Source of the DNA: Podarcis melisellensis
Lineage: Eukaryota
Strand: one strand, 5' to 3'
NCBI GenBank assembly: GCA_964234715.1
Contig: OZ174279.1
Length of the DNA stretch: 64,000 nucleotides
Shown: piece after piece, positions 37,395 through 48,447 of the stretch
Layout of the letters: each line of letters opens with the position of its first letter
Position numbering within the stretch: the stretch's first letter is position 1
Translations under genes and position numbers: made by a program
The notes under the pieces: model-generated
Told to the model about the DNA's origin: nothing
The model's input: the letters and a program-made list of their open reading frames with translations, nothing else
The model's database searches: none

Positions 37395-37513
37395 CCCCAC
37401 CCGCCCATCCGGCTGGGTTTCCCCAGCCACTCTGGGTGGCTCCCAACAGATTAAATACAGAATAAAACATCAAACATTAAAAACTTCCCTAAACAGGACT
37501 GCCTTCAGATGTC
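37333..37513 (-). mobile_element. L2-type 3' end with compound (AAT)n(AAC)n microsatellite tail
   Basis: Microsatellite at 37333-37394 followed by CCGCCCATCCGGCTGGGTTTCCCCAGCCACTCTGGGTGGCT...CTTCCCTAAACAGG. Confidence 0.75.
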
Positions 37514-38074
37514 AGTATACATGTGAAAGGAACCATGAGGAAGAGTATCTACAGCCCTGTCACCATTCCAATTGCCCTCGATAAATTGAAAGGCAATCAT
37601 CTGAAGCAAGGAGCGTCCTGTAACCATTGAAACTTCTTGTACATCTTAGAACTCTGGGAAAATCGATTGAAAAATAGTGGAGACTTCCTGCAAATAGTCA
37701 CCCTCCACAAAGAATAGTGATGGAGGCAGAGTTAAATACCTCTCCCTACCCTGCCTTATCAGTTGCTTGTCAACTATGCTGCTCCAAAGGATTAATACTG
37801 AGGTGTTAATATAAGGAAGAATTGGCCCTGCAATTTAGCCTGAAGTGAAATTGGATGGGAACACTTGGGGATGGAAACATTCTGAAAAGACTTCAGAAAC
37901 AGGAGGGGTCTGCACTCCATCCCAGACACAGTTTTAAAAGCAACATTTTTACAGCTTTAAATGGGCTTATAAAAATCATGAATGGTGTGAAGAAAATGGG
38001 ACAGAGATAAATGTTTCTTCGTCTCTTATAAGACTAGAACTTGGCGGCACTCAATGAAATTGTTTGGCAGTACA

Positions 38075-38680
38075 CCCAAGAGAAATTTCAGTTCAAGTAG
38101 GGTCCAAATCAAAACTGGAAATTCCTCCTCGGGCCAAATGTTCAAGAAATTTTGACAATAAGCCAAAGACACCTGGAAAGGTCAAGCAATATTTCAGGGA
38201 GGAGAGAGTGAGGTCATCAGACACCCTTATTAAAGGTGTCAGGAAATAATATTTTTGTATTTTCTTATAATAAAATTTATAGGCAATTCTGACTTGAAAA
38301 TCAAGGGAAGTGCACCTGCTTTACAGTGGTACCTCGGGTTACATATGCTTCAGGTTACAGACTCCACTAACCCAGAAATAGTACCTCGGGTTAAGAACTT
38401 TGCTTTAGGATGAGAACAGAAATCGTGCTCTGGTGGCACGGCAGCAGCAGGAGACCCCATTAGCTAAAGTGGTGCTTCGGGTTAAGAACAGTTTCGGGTT
38501 AAGAATGGACCTCCGGAACGAATTAAGTACTTAACCCAAGGTACCACTGTATTTCAAAGCAATTTTATACATAAGGCAAAAATACATTTTGGTTCACTTA
38601 TGATTTCAGAAAGTGCCAATTTGATAAGATTCCCCTTTGAATGTGAACTGAACTGAACTGAATTTCTTGCCCATCTCTAG
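38075..38680. mobile_element. Diverged hAT-like element hosting a mariner MITE
   Basis: Inverted termini AAGAGAAATTTCAGTTCA / TGAACTGAATTTCTTGCCCATCTCTA; right end similar to that of the element at 44438-44887. Confidence 0.5.
38324..38549. mobile_element. Tigger/pogo-like MITE, 226 bp
   Basis: TA TSD; TIRs CAGTGGTACCTCGGGTTA / TAACCCAAGGTACCACTG; three internal TCGGGTTAAGAA repeats. Confidence 0.93.
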
Positions 38681-40406
38681 CTGAGTATGAGTAGTGGAGA
38701 GAGACCAAAACTACAAGTGTCAGTTCAGATGACACACGGAGCCAAATCTTGGGTTAGTATGGCAAAGCTTAGCAGCAAAAGAGAGCAGGGAGGGGGGCTA
38801 AGTGGCTGTGAGCTCCTCTCTGGAAGGCCTCATGCTTGTGTCATCTCAGCAAGCCAAGGTTTGGCTTAGTAGGCTACCTGAATCATCTTACTGTTTCCAA
38901 ATTACAAACTACTGATCATATTTACAGTGTGACTGCTGGGAGGAGCGCAGAGAGAAGAAACATCATGGTGCAGCTGTAGCAGCACATCCGAATGCCTCCA
39001 TTTGCCCCAGCTGGAACAAAACATGTCTCTCCCGCATCGGTTACAGCAGGCGCTGTAAACCTTCCAACAGTTTATCTTCATCCCCCAAAGGCACACTCCT
39101 CCATTGTCTCCCAAGACAGAAATACCAACAACAACAATAGCAGTACCTGATTGCTTTTCTAGGCTACAATCCTATACCCTTTTACATAGGAGAAGCTTAA
39201 TTGAAATTAGAGGGACTTACGGTACTTCAGAGTGGACATGCACAGGATTGCATTGTAAGGCTTTAATCCTATATCCATCTACTTGTAAGTAACCCTGTTA
39301 CATTCAGTTGTGTTTCTGATATAAGACTGATCCATTATAATCTATCAACATCAGGAATAACAAATTATCTCAGATATACATTTGATTTGATTGAGCTCAA
39401 ATATTCCTCTCTGCATACAGACAGAAACAGTTATTTCCTCTGTGTTTCCTGTATTTTCTTGTAACATGTAGTTCTGCCCTATGGAAATGCCAGGCGACCA
39501 TTCAGACAATCAAAGAGCCATAATGTAATGAGCCAAGAATTTTTAAGACACTAAGCCTGGAGCTACTTCATTTTATAATATATAAACAAATGTCTCAAAG
39601 TCAACTTTTCAGTTAACATGTAATCACACTTCTAAATGTGTGTCTTTATGCATATTACAGCTAATTCATGCAAACTGAAAATTAATTAGGTTTTAATAGT
39701 ACATCAGCCAAACATCTTATAATTATATCTATAAAGCCATTAGATGGGCAGAAAGAACAGTTAAAAGGGCAGAACAAGCTGGCCAGATATCACTGCTGAA
39801 TAGTAAGCAAACCACAATAATCAAAGCTGTAGCTTTTACAGTTTTAAAAAGGACCCTTTTACAAACTGGAAGGGGATTTGATAGAGATTTACAAAATTAT
39901 GAATGGTAATGAAGAAATCTGACAGATATTTTCTTCTTTTTTCATAATAGAACTTGAGACCCCCCCCCCATGAAAGTGATTTTCAATAAATTCTACACTG
40001 ACAAATAAAGAGACAATGTAGCCATGTCACCCTCTTGTCACAAGGCTCCAGCAAACAGCCTGATTATTCATCATTCTATCTTGAGTTCATGGCAGTTTTG
40101 CATGTGTTTAATCATAACTCCATTCAGTCCCATTTTTACAATGATCTGTGGGGTGTGGTTTTTTTAAGCAGATGGAAATTTGTATTTAAATATTTGAGCA
40201 CAAAATACTTATTTAAACACTTATTTTATCTCAATGTACTCATTTCTAAATGTACTTTACCCTTAAATTCCTCTCCCCCCTTCTTCTACATTTTAATACA
40301 TTTTTTTCAAGGCAATAGCTGTATTTCAAAATCTAGAGAAGTGCGAAATCCAAAGGATAATTGTATTCCAATATCTGTATTAGTTCAGGAGGTGCAAATT
40401 GAGTTA

Positions 40407-40582
40407 AGGGCTGTAGTGCTGTGATAAAGTACACATTTTGCATGAAGAGGTTCCCAGATTCAAGTTATGGTATCTCGAGATAGTACTGCCTGAAATTCTA
40501 TAGAGAGCTGCTGCCAGTCAATGTAGACAATACAGTGCTAGATGGACCAGCAGGTATAAGACAACTTCTAAAGTCCTCCTAT
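40407..40582 (+). mobile_element. Squam3-like tRNA-derived SINE (diverged)
   Basis: GGGCTGTAG... head; GCTGCTGCCAGTCAATGTAGACAATACAGTGCTAGATGGACCA body shared with the copies at 48284 and 57969. Confidence 0.7.
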
Positions 40583-40918
40583 AGCGTGACTGGAAGCTCC
40601 CCATCTAAAGCAAATGAAAGTGGCAGCATGACCACAGAAAGAAGGAACTCAAAAGGCACACCATTCCTGGGAGTAGAGCCCTTTGAAAACAGTGGAGCAT
40701 ACCTCAGAATGACCATGCCAGGCTAATTGCTTAATAACACCATTTATATTATTAAGCTAAGGTTAAGTGGCAAAATTATGGTAAAATCCTGGACTGCCTG
40801 GTGCGTATATATGTCTGAATGCTTCCCTATGTGGGGGAAAAAGCTCATTCATCTACCAGGTGAATATCAGTAAGAAAGCGAGGTTGGCCCCCTCTCCTGA
40901 CATGTTAATTTACTATGG

Positions 40919-41073
40919 ACCTGTGGGACAGCTCAGTCAGTAGAGCAAGAGACTCTTACTCTCAGGGTTGTGGGTTCCAATCCCATGTTGGGGGGAAATA
41001 TTCCTGCATTGCAGGCAGCTGAACTAGTTGACCCTCGTGGTCCCTTCCAAGTCTACAACTCAATTAATCTATG
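40919..41073 (+). mobile_element. tRNA-Lys(CTT)-derived SINE with CR1-type tail (second copy)
   Basis: AGCTCAGTCAGTAGAGCAAGAGACTCTTACTCTCAGGGTTGTGGGTTCC...; colinear with 28354-28509. Confidence 0.85.
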
Positions 41074-43851
41074 CAAAATAAATGTATCAAGGAGGGGTGG
41101 GGATAAACACATAGCCCTCTGCAGCCTAAAGTGGTATGGTATAGGAAAAGAGCCTACAGTGGTAGGATATAGGAACAGATTTTGGATCTGCAGTTTCTGC
41201 TGCGAGTCTACTTTTCAATAACATTCAATTATATATACCTGTTCACACCTCTTGATTTCATTTCCTGTATTGCAGGAGAAAAGTGCTGAACAAAGTTTTG
41301 TTTTCCGCCCCACTTAAAGCTCAGAAGGTCAAAATCATTTATTAAAAGCATTCCCACATCTGAGTTAGACTATCTACAGGTTCTCATTAACACAACTAAA
41401 ATATAAATCTCACTGTGTCTTGACACCTCATTGCAAAAATGCAAATAGAAGCAAGGGATCTCAGTCCTATTTAAGAGAAGCTTCAGTGTAGCTAAAGGAA
41501 AAACACTTGGCCACTGTCTTGAACACAAGGAAGGAGCTAGACAAAAACTGTAATCCTATCCTCACTTATGTGCAAGTAAGCTCTATTGACCTCAATGAGA
41601 TTCACTTCTGGATTGGATTGTGCTGATTAAGTTAGTCATGCCTTATTTAGTTCCACTGAAATCAAGGAGACAACTAAGTCATGTCTAACTTAAGCTTCCT
41701 TGATTTCAATGAGGCCAAAGCATGACTTAGTCTGGATCCAGCCCTATGTCTTTGTTCAGACCATTCCTTTTGCTGTACCAGCTATTTAGGGATAGTACTT
41801 AATATTTTCTTTGCTAGGTGTATGTCAGCACAGTCTTGCGTGAATATTAGGGACACATTGACTTTTCCACAGAAAAGAGGAAAAAGCTTAATTTTCTGCT
41901 TCAGGAAACTGAATTCTTGGGGTAAAAGGCCATCAAATACCAACCTCCTGGGCATATAAGAGAAACCAAACATATGTAGCAAGCTTTGATAACTAGCCTC
42001 TTTGTGGTGCAAGACAAAGACAATGGGAAGTCATTGAGAGCGAAACAAATATTGTAATTTTTTTGATTAAGTTTCCAACATATTATTTAAGCAAAGTCAT
42101 TATTTTTTTTGGACAGTTTTGAAAAACAAGAAGGAAGTGACTGCTCAATCAGGCATCTTTAAAATTATTAACAGTGACGGAAGTCATAGATTCATAGTTG
42201 GAACGTGACCCAAAGGTCATCTAGTCCAAGAACTCTTGTTGCTGCAGGAAGCCCACTATAGCGGGGTGGTGGACTGTTATCTCGTGAGCCAAGGGAACCC
42301 CATAGTGTGCATGCTCCAAAGCATAAGGCAAGGAATGTGCCCCCCACCAAAAAAATTTAAGTCTCCTCAGTCTGTTGCAATGTGGCCTGTACTCTGCACT
42401 TATAATTGTACCGTATTTTTAGAAAGTTGTTTCAGAATGTATGAAGCAGTGAGACTCCACCACTTCTTTTGGGAGACATTTTCAATGCTCTGAAAAGATT
42501 CTGTTTCAGTTCATCAATCCTCAGACTGTCACTAAGAGCAATGGAGCAGGAAAGCAAGAAATCTTCCTTCTTTATCCAGGAATGATATAGAGAAAGACAG
42601 TTACCTCTCTGAAATTTGATAGGGCCAAGGATGTGAGAACACCCACTCCTCTTACAAGTTGCATGAGTCTTATCAAAATGTGATTTGTTTCCCACAAAAT
42701 TCCTTGGATATTCCCTGAGGGGCCTCCAAATTTAACATGAAAATGTGCTTTAAGCAAAATTCATGACAGCTCTTTTTGCTATTACTCCTGTAACGGGGCA
42801 GATAGCTGTCATGAAAGGCATAGGAGAGAGGGGGCCAAGGCATGACCGCCTTGTGACCCACTGGCTTGCAAGCCTTTAAATCAGAATGCAGTGGATATCA
42901 CAAAAAATAAGCAAACCACTAAACGGATTCATGACTCATGTTTCCACTTTTCACACATTTATGTTCCAAGTAGAACTCATACAAAAATGATAGTCAGTGT
43001 AACCCACTCACTCAGCTGCTTATTATCACTGGCTGTAACATCCAAAGTTGTTCTCAGTCCTTTTTAGATATCATAGCCTGTGAATATGTGAGCATAAAGG
43101 TATCCCTTGCCAGTTCCACACTTCCTGTAACTGCTATGTTCTTGGGAGACTCCTGGCATTTCATTTGTCTAGGAAAAAGGGCCTTCATTAAATTTGTCAG
43201 TAGATGGCATTTGGGTTAACGAATTATGAGTGCATAGGTTCAGGGATCACTTCTTCAGAAATCTTTTCATGTCTCAAATTAACTTTTTAAATGTTAAAAC
43301 ATTCATTGCAGATCAAGCTCCCCCCCCCTTTGAACAGCAAGTGCCGCAACTATTCAAGACAACACACCAAAGCCTTGTTACAATGACTGAAGTTCAAGAA
43401 TAGAGCACAGGTAGGAAACTCAGGAGCCAAATGTGGCCCTCCAGCTCTCTCAGTTTGGCCCTCAGGACTTCCCCCAGTTTTGCATCTAGTCCTGCCCACC
43501 AGTTGTATACACCCCCATCATGGAATTTAGCCCTTGGAATCAAGAGGGTTATCCAGCCTTTGCATATAGCATACTGAATTTCCTGGACTGCTGTTCATCC
43601 TCCTCCAAATTTCTCTGACCTATGGCTTGGAGCTGTTTATCTTCTTGCTGCTCATCTCCCCTTGGGTACAACACTCTCTATTGGATAAGAGACTATATAA
43701 TATGTAGTTATTCAAAACCCACCTTTCATTCTGTGTTCAAATACTAGGTTATAATTTTATCTGCGTCTTTGGAAGATTTTAGATCACATAGGAAATATAC
43801 ACCCCAATCCCAACCAAAGTGCAAACAAACTAAAGTGCATGTAGTAATCAC

Positions 43852-43941
43852 TTGACCAAACTGTGGGAGGCAGTGGAAGACAGGAGTGCTCTGGTCCATG
43901 GGGTCACGAAGAGTCGGACACGACTAAACAACAACAACAAC
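43852..43941 (+). mobile_element. BovB (RTE) LINE, extreme 5'-truncated copy
   Basis: GGAGGCAGTGGAAGACAGGAG...GTCCATGGGGTCACGAAGAGTCGGACACGACTAAA(CAA)n; AATCAC duplicated on both sides. Confidence 0.88.
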
Positions 43942-44437
43942 AATCACATTAAAATGCAAAGTCTAGAACTCTTTCATTTAATATCCAGGATGTATGTACA
44001 GTAGCCACAGATTAGATACAGAATTCCTTCCAATAGTTTTATGTTTTCATAGATAGGGGATGCATAATTAATAGCACTAACCATCATTCGTCATCCACAA
44101 GAAACCTCGTAGACTCAAGCTCTATGAAAGAAACAAAGCATCTCTAACAGAGGTTTCTCAGCACTACTTATGTTGTGAGCAAAGTGTACGGAGGCGGAAA
44201 GGACTAACAGTTCTGCTTCTTTTCTTCTCTGTATAAATGCAGTACTGCTAGCAAGACTTCAAGTTATTCAGTCACCATCTGCAGATTGTCTATTCATTAA
44301 TCCCCATAACCTTCAGGAGATTCCAGTGAGGCAAATGGAAATACACTCATTTACATCAACCGTCCTCAAGCAGGCTCCGTGAGTTACACATAAATAATGG
44401 TTTTTCTCTTCTGAAGATGTGGAAGAGTCTTTTTGAC

Positions 44438-44887
44438 TAGGAATGGGCAAATCTGTCAATTTCAGGTTCTCTCAACCTCTTACTTTTCTGATCTTAAATT
44501 TAGTACTCCACATTCCCAAATCTGCTTGTGATTATTATTTTTTTTAAAGCCCTCATGAAAACCTGCCAGTATTTTGATGTGATTTTTTCCTAATATACAC
44601 ATCCTAGTATCCAATTTAGCCTAATATACAAATTTTTGCGAAGCAATTATCCCCAAAACAAGGCATTATTGCAAATTATTTTCAGCAATATATGCATTTT
44701 TATGGACACTACTTCAGCATATGCATTTTTGGACACATTACTTGACTGGAAATCTGTGCTGCAAAATTTGCAGAAGTGTGGATTTTGAAGGATGGCTGCA
44801 TTTCGGTTCTCATATTGTTTCAGAAAGTGCAAATTAGGTAGGTTTCCCTTTTAATGTAAACTGTACTGAATTTCTCCCCCATCCCTA
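44438..44887. mobile_element. hAT-like non-autonomous element (~450 bp); related fragments near 37045-37245 and 55925-56295
   Basis: TIRs TAGGAATGGGCAAAT / TTTCTCCCCCATCCCTA; AT-rich interior; degenerate 8-bp flanks. Confidence 0.6.
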
Positions 44888-45869
44888 TTCCTTACTAGAG
44901 CATTCTGAAATCCCAAAGAAGCCATTTCACCAAGGCTGCAAGCTGAATAATGGTTTTGGTTTTTACAGAAGTTCTGCTTGCGAGACAATACAAACATTGT
45001 CGGCAACTACATTTGACAGTACATAGGTAAGTTCAATTAGTTTGCTTGTGTCTGTGACAATCAGGGTGAGTTAAACGGCAAAGCGGCAGTAGCAGCAGCA
45101 ACAACAACAACAACAACAACAACAGAAAAGAGGCAATAATAAAAGAATGAAAGCTGAATGTCACAAAAAGAAACAACTCCCCTTACAGGATGACTGATTG
45201 CTGAAGAGGAAGAGTAGGCATGAACTGAAAGCCAAGGACTATTATTGGGGAGTGGGGAGAGGAACAGTTAACTGGATGCATAAATCTCTCTCTCACACTC
45301 CCTCTCCAAGGAGATAATCCTTGTTAGAAACCTATTTTCAAACTGAAGGGAAGTTTCACGTGGGGCATGGCTGGACTCTATCCTAGGTAATGGGGGTGGG
45401 ACTTGGTTGGTTTTTTCCAGTGATTGGCAGAGGAATCCAAATGATTGGAATGGTGTTGATGTGGATTGGGTGGAAGTGACCCACCCCCTGTTGACATCTC
45501 CCTATGGAGTGATGCCAGTGCGACTCCACCAGCATGAAGTTTCCCTTTTCAACCACCAAACTGGTGAATGGGTGGAAGTTATCGCGGCAGCAACCAGTGG
45601 GGAGCATTCCCCAGCCTGCCCCATCTTTGGTCACAGCCAGCACTCTTGGCAAGACTGTGGATGTGATGGTGGCCTTGCTGCTCTATTAAGTACTTTCACC
45701 AGCTCCAAATGGTATGGCCAGTGATTAGGGATGGTGGGAGTTGTAGTCCAGCAATATCTGGCGGGCCACAGGGTGGATGGAAGGGTGGAGGGAATCTTTA
45801 TTTATTAAATGTGACCAATTACACAGAACTGGGAGGCACACCTAACACCTCAAAATACAGGAATAAAAG

Positions 45870-46672
45870 GCTGCTAGACTAGAAAGCTGCTCTGAAACTT
45901 AGCAAAATTAATTTTGATAGGGACAAAGTTCTCCATTTTGCCCCCTCTCCTGTAATCAAACACACCACTATAGGGTAGGAGATACCTGAACTGAAGGCAG
46001 CATTTGTGAAAAAGATCTCAGGATTTTGGTCTATCAGAAGCTGAATATGAGTTGGCAATGTGACGTGGCTGGGGAAAAAAGACAGAGGCTGATATGATTT
46101 TAGGCCACACTAACATAATTCAAGTTTCCAAATCATGAGAAGCAAAGGGCCCACTTCATTCTGCACTAGTCAGACCTCTTCTGCTGTTCTACGTCCAGTT
46201 CTGGGTGCCATACTTTAAGAAGTATCTAGACATAATTAGAACAGGTTTACAAGAGGGCAACCAAGATGGTCAATGGTATGAAAAACAAAGTCCTAGGAAT
46301 AAAGGTTGAAGAATCTTGGAATGCTTTCGTTTGGAAAATAAGAAGGGGGGGATGGGGGACCATAGTAGCACTCTACAAATATTTGAAGCGCTGTCACACA
46401 GCAGAGGACAAAAACTTTTTCTTTGCCCTGGAGGGCAGGTTTAACTTATGGGTTTAACTTACAGCAGGATTGATTTCAGTTGAACATTAAGAGGAATGCT
46501 CAACAATGGAACCAATTACTTGGAGGGCTTTTTGTTGCTAAGGTCATCAAGTGTAAGTTGGACAGCCATCTGTTGGGATGTTCTAGCTCTGGATTTCATG
46601 TACTGAGCAAGGGATTGGATCAGCTTTATGATTTTACAACTCTTGATCATCCAGCTCTTATGATTTTGTGAA
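45870..46672 (+). mobile_element. CR1 LINE, 5'-truncated and decayed
   Basis: TGTGAAAAAGATCT...AAGCTGAATATGAG...CAATGTGACGTGGC...GTCCAGTTCTGGGTGCCA...AGAGGGCAACCAAGATGGT are CR1 ORF2 C-terminal signatures. Confidence 0.9.
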
Positions 46673-48283
46673 AGCTACATACTTGGGGATCCTTTACACA
46701 AAAAGTTACCAGTGACACAAATGAAATAGACACATATGCACACACTATATGCAACAAACCGAATCTAGAATTCACAAAGTTCCCTACACTGTAATGACTT
46801 CCATCCAGAATTGGGGCAATTATTCAAAGCAGGGGTGCTCAAAAATATAAGCATCCCTTGCTTTAATTAGAGGGGGGCAAATTCCATGAAAAGTGGTCTT
46901 CCCTGATTTGAATTTTCTGTCTCTGGTGCTTTTAGAAATCCATCTGTTAGGGTTGTGGAGGGGGAGGGTTAAACCGCACATTGGTTACTTTCTCTTTTCT
47001 CTCTTCTACCCTCCAATGGCTGTTTAAAATTCACAGCCATTCAATACATTTGAGAATGTATTATCTGTTTTTCAAAGGTTTCCTATGTATACCTTTGGCT
47101 ATCACTCCTAGTTCCTCTATAACCTGTGTGTGCATTCCCCTACTCTTGTGATGACTTCTATAGCTAGGATTTTGATCAGCTTCTTCTCCTTCACACCATG
47201 GAGACACAATGTCACAGGGAGAAAAAACAGCTTATAAGGCTTTCAGAAGGCACAAGAAAAAGCAGCCCTTGTAGGCCAGTAGAGCGACAGGTGTGTTTGC
47301 TTTCATGTACTGCCTCTGCTTGACATTCCTCATCAGTTCTTTTGTCCTGATTTTCAGTCTGTTTTTGCAGTAGCCTGAGTTTTCCGTTTCTTTCTCCTGT
47401 TTTAAAGCTTCTTCTAGGCATGCTTCAGGAATTCAGTCTTTATGAATTCCAATACAAACTGACCTAACCCATACCTTGCTGACTAAAGTGTGAATTGAAA
47501 GTTAGGGAGCCACCAGCTTTCACACTTCCAAGATGTTTTGATGAAGTTCTTAGCTGAAGAAAAATAGCGAGATGAGTTTTAAAATGACTATTTTGAGAGA
47601 AAATGTTTCTAGAAATAGATATATTTTCTCTCAAAATATCTAAGACCTTAATCCTATGCATACTGAACTGTGAGTAAACCGATCCATGGGAGTAAAGCCA
47701 CTGATTTATTTTTTAAGACTTCTGATTAAACATGTATAGGAGTGTTGAACAAACATGTATTTCTTCTAAATATGGGTTTATTTGTTTTTTAAAAAAAAAT
47801 AACATATGAATGCAGAAATATAATAAAACTGATTCATGCCAAAGTAATGTAGACACTTAATCCTCTAGTTTCCCCCACACCATGTTGAGGGTTTCTTTAG
47901 AAGCCCACCTCTTTCAATCTCTTTTATCCATGTATTTCCCATTTCTGATGGGAGTAGAGTGTGAGACAGAACCCCTGCTACTTGCCCCACTCTGAAATTA
48001 TTCCCGTTTGCTAGAGAGGGCTTGGGAGTCAGTGTGCTGGCAGGCCCAGGTTTCAAGCTCACAGGGTATCCTTGGGTGAACGATTTTCGCTCAAGCAATC
48101 CTCAAGATCATTGGGAGGATGAAACAGGTGGTAGAGAACCATGTGTACCACCTGAACACCTTGGAGGAAATACAAGGTATCAGTGTAATAGTCAATTATG
48201 GGCTGTGGGCTGCAGAATGAAATGAGAAGGGAGAACCTGAGAATCAGAAGCAAAGTGTTATCAGGATCAGAGGACAAACCAAA

Positions 48284-48447
48284 GGACCACAGATCAATAG
48301 CAGAGGATCTGCCTTGCATGCATAATATCCCAGGTTCAATCCCTGCTGACACCAGGGAGGGCTGGGAAAGGCTGCTATCGAAAACCCCGGAGAGCCATTG
48401 GCAGTCAGAGTAGACAGTACCGAGTATAAGGCTGCTTACTATTTTCC
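48284..48447 (+). mobile_element. Squam3-like tRNA-derived SINE
   Basis: TCTGCCTTGCATGCA...CCCAGGTTCAATCCCTG...GGGCTGGGAAAG...GGAGAGCC...CAGTCAGAGTAGACA. Confidence 0.75.

Noticed and set aside
45407-45724. 105-aa Trp/Asp-rich ORF that looks protein-like
   Set aside because: Non-ATG start, no recognisable family, and it runs into a MITE arm; probably repeat-derived. BLASTX/BLASTN would settle it.
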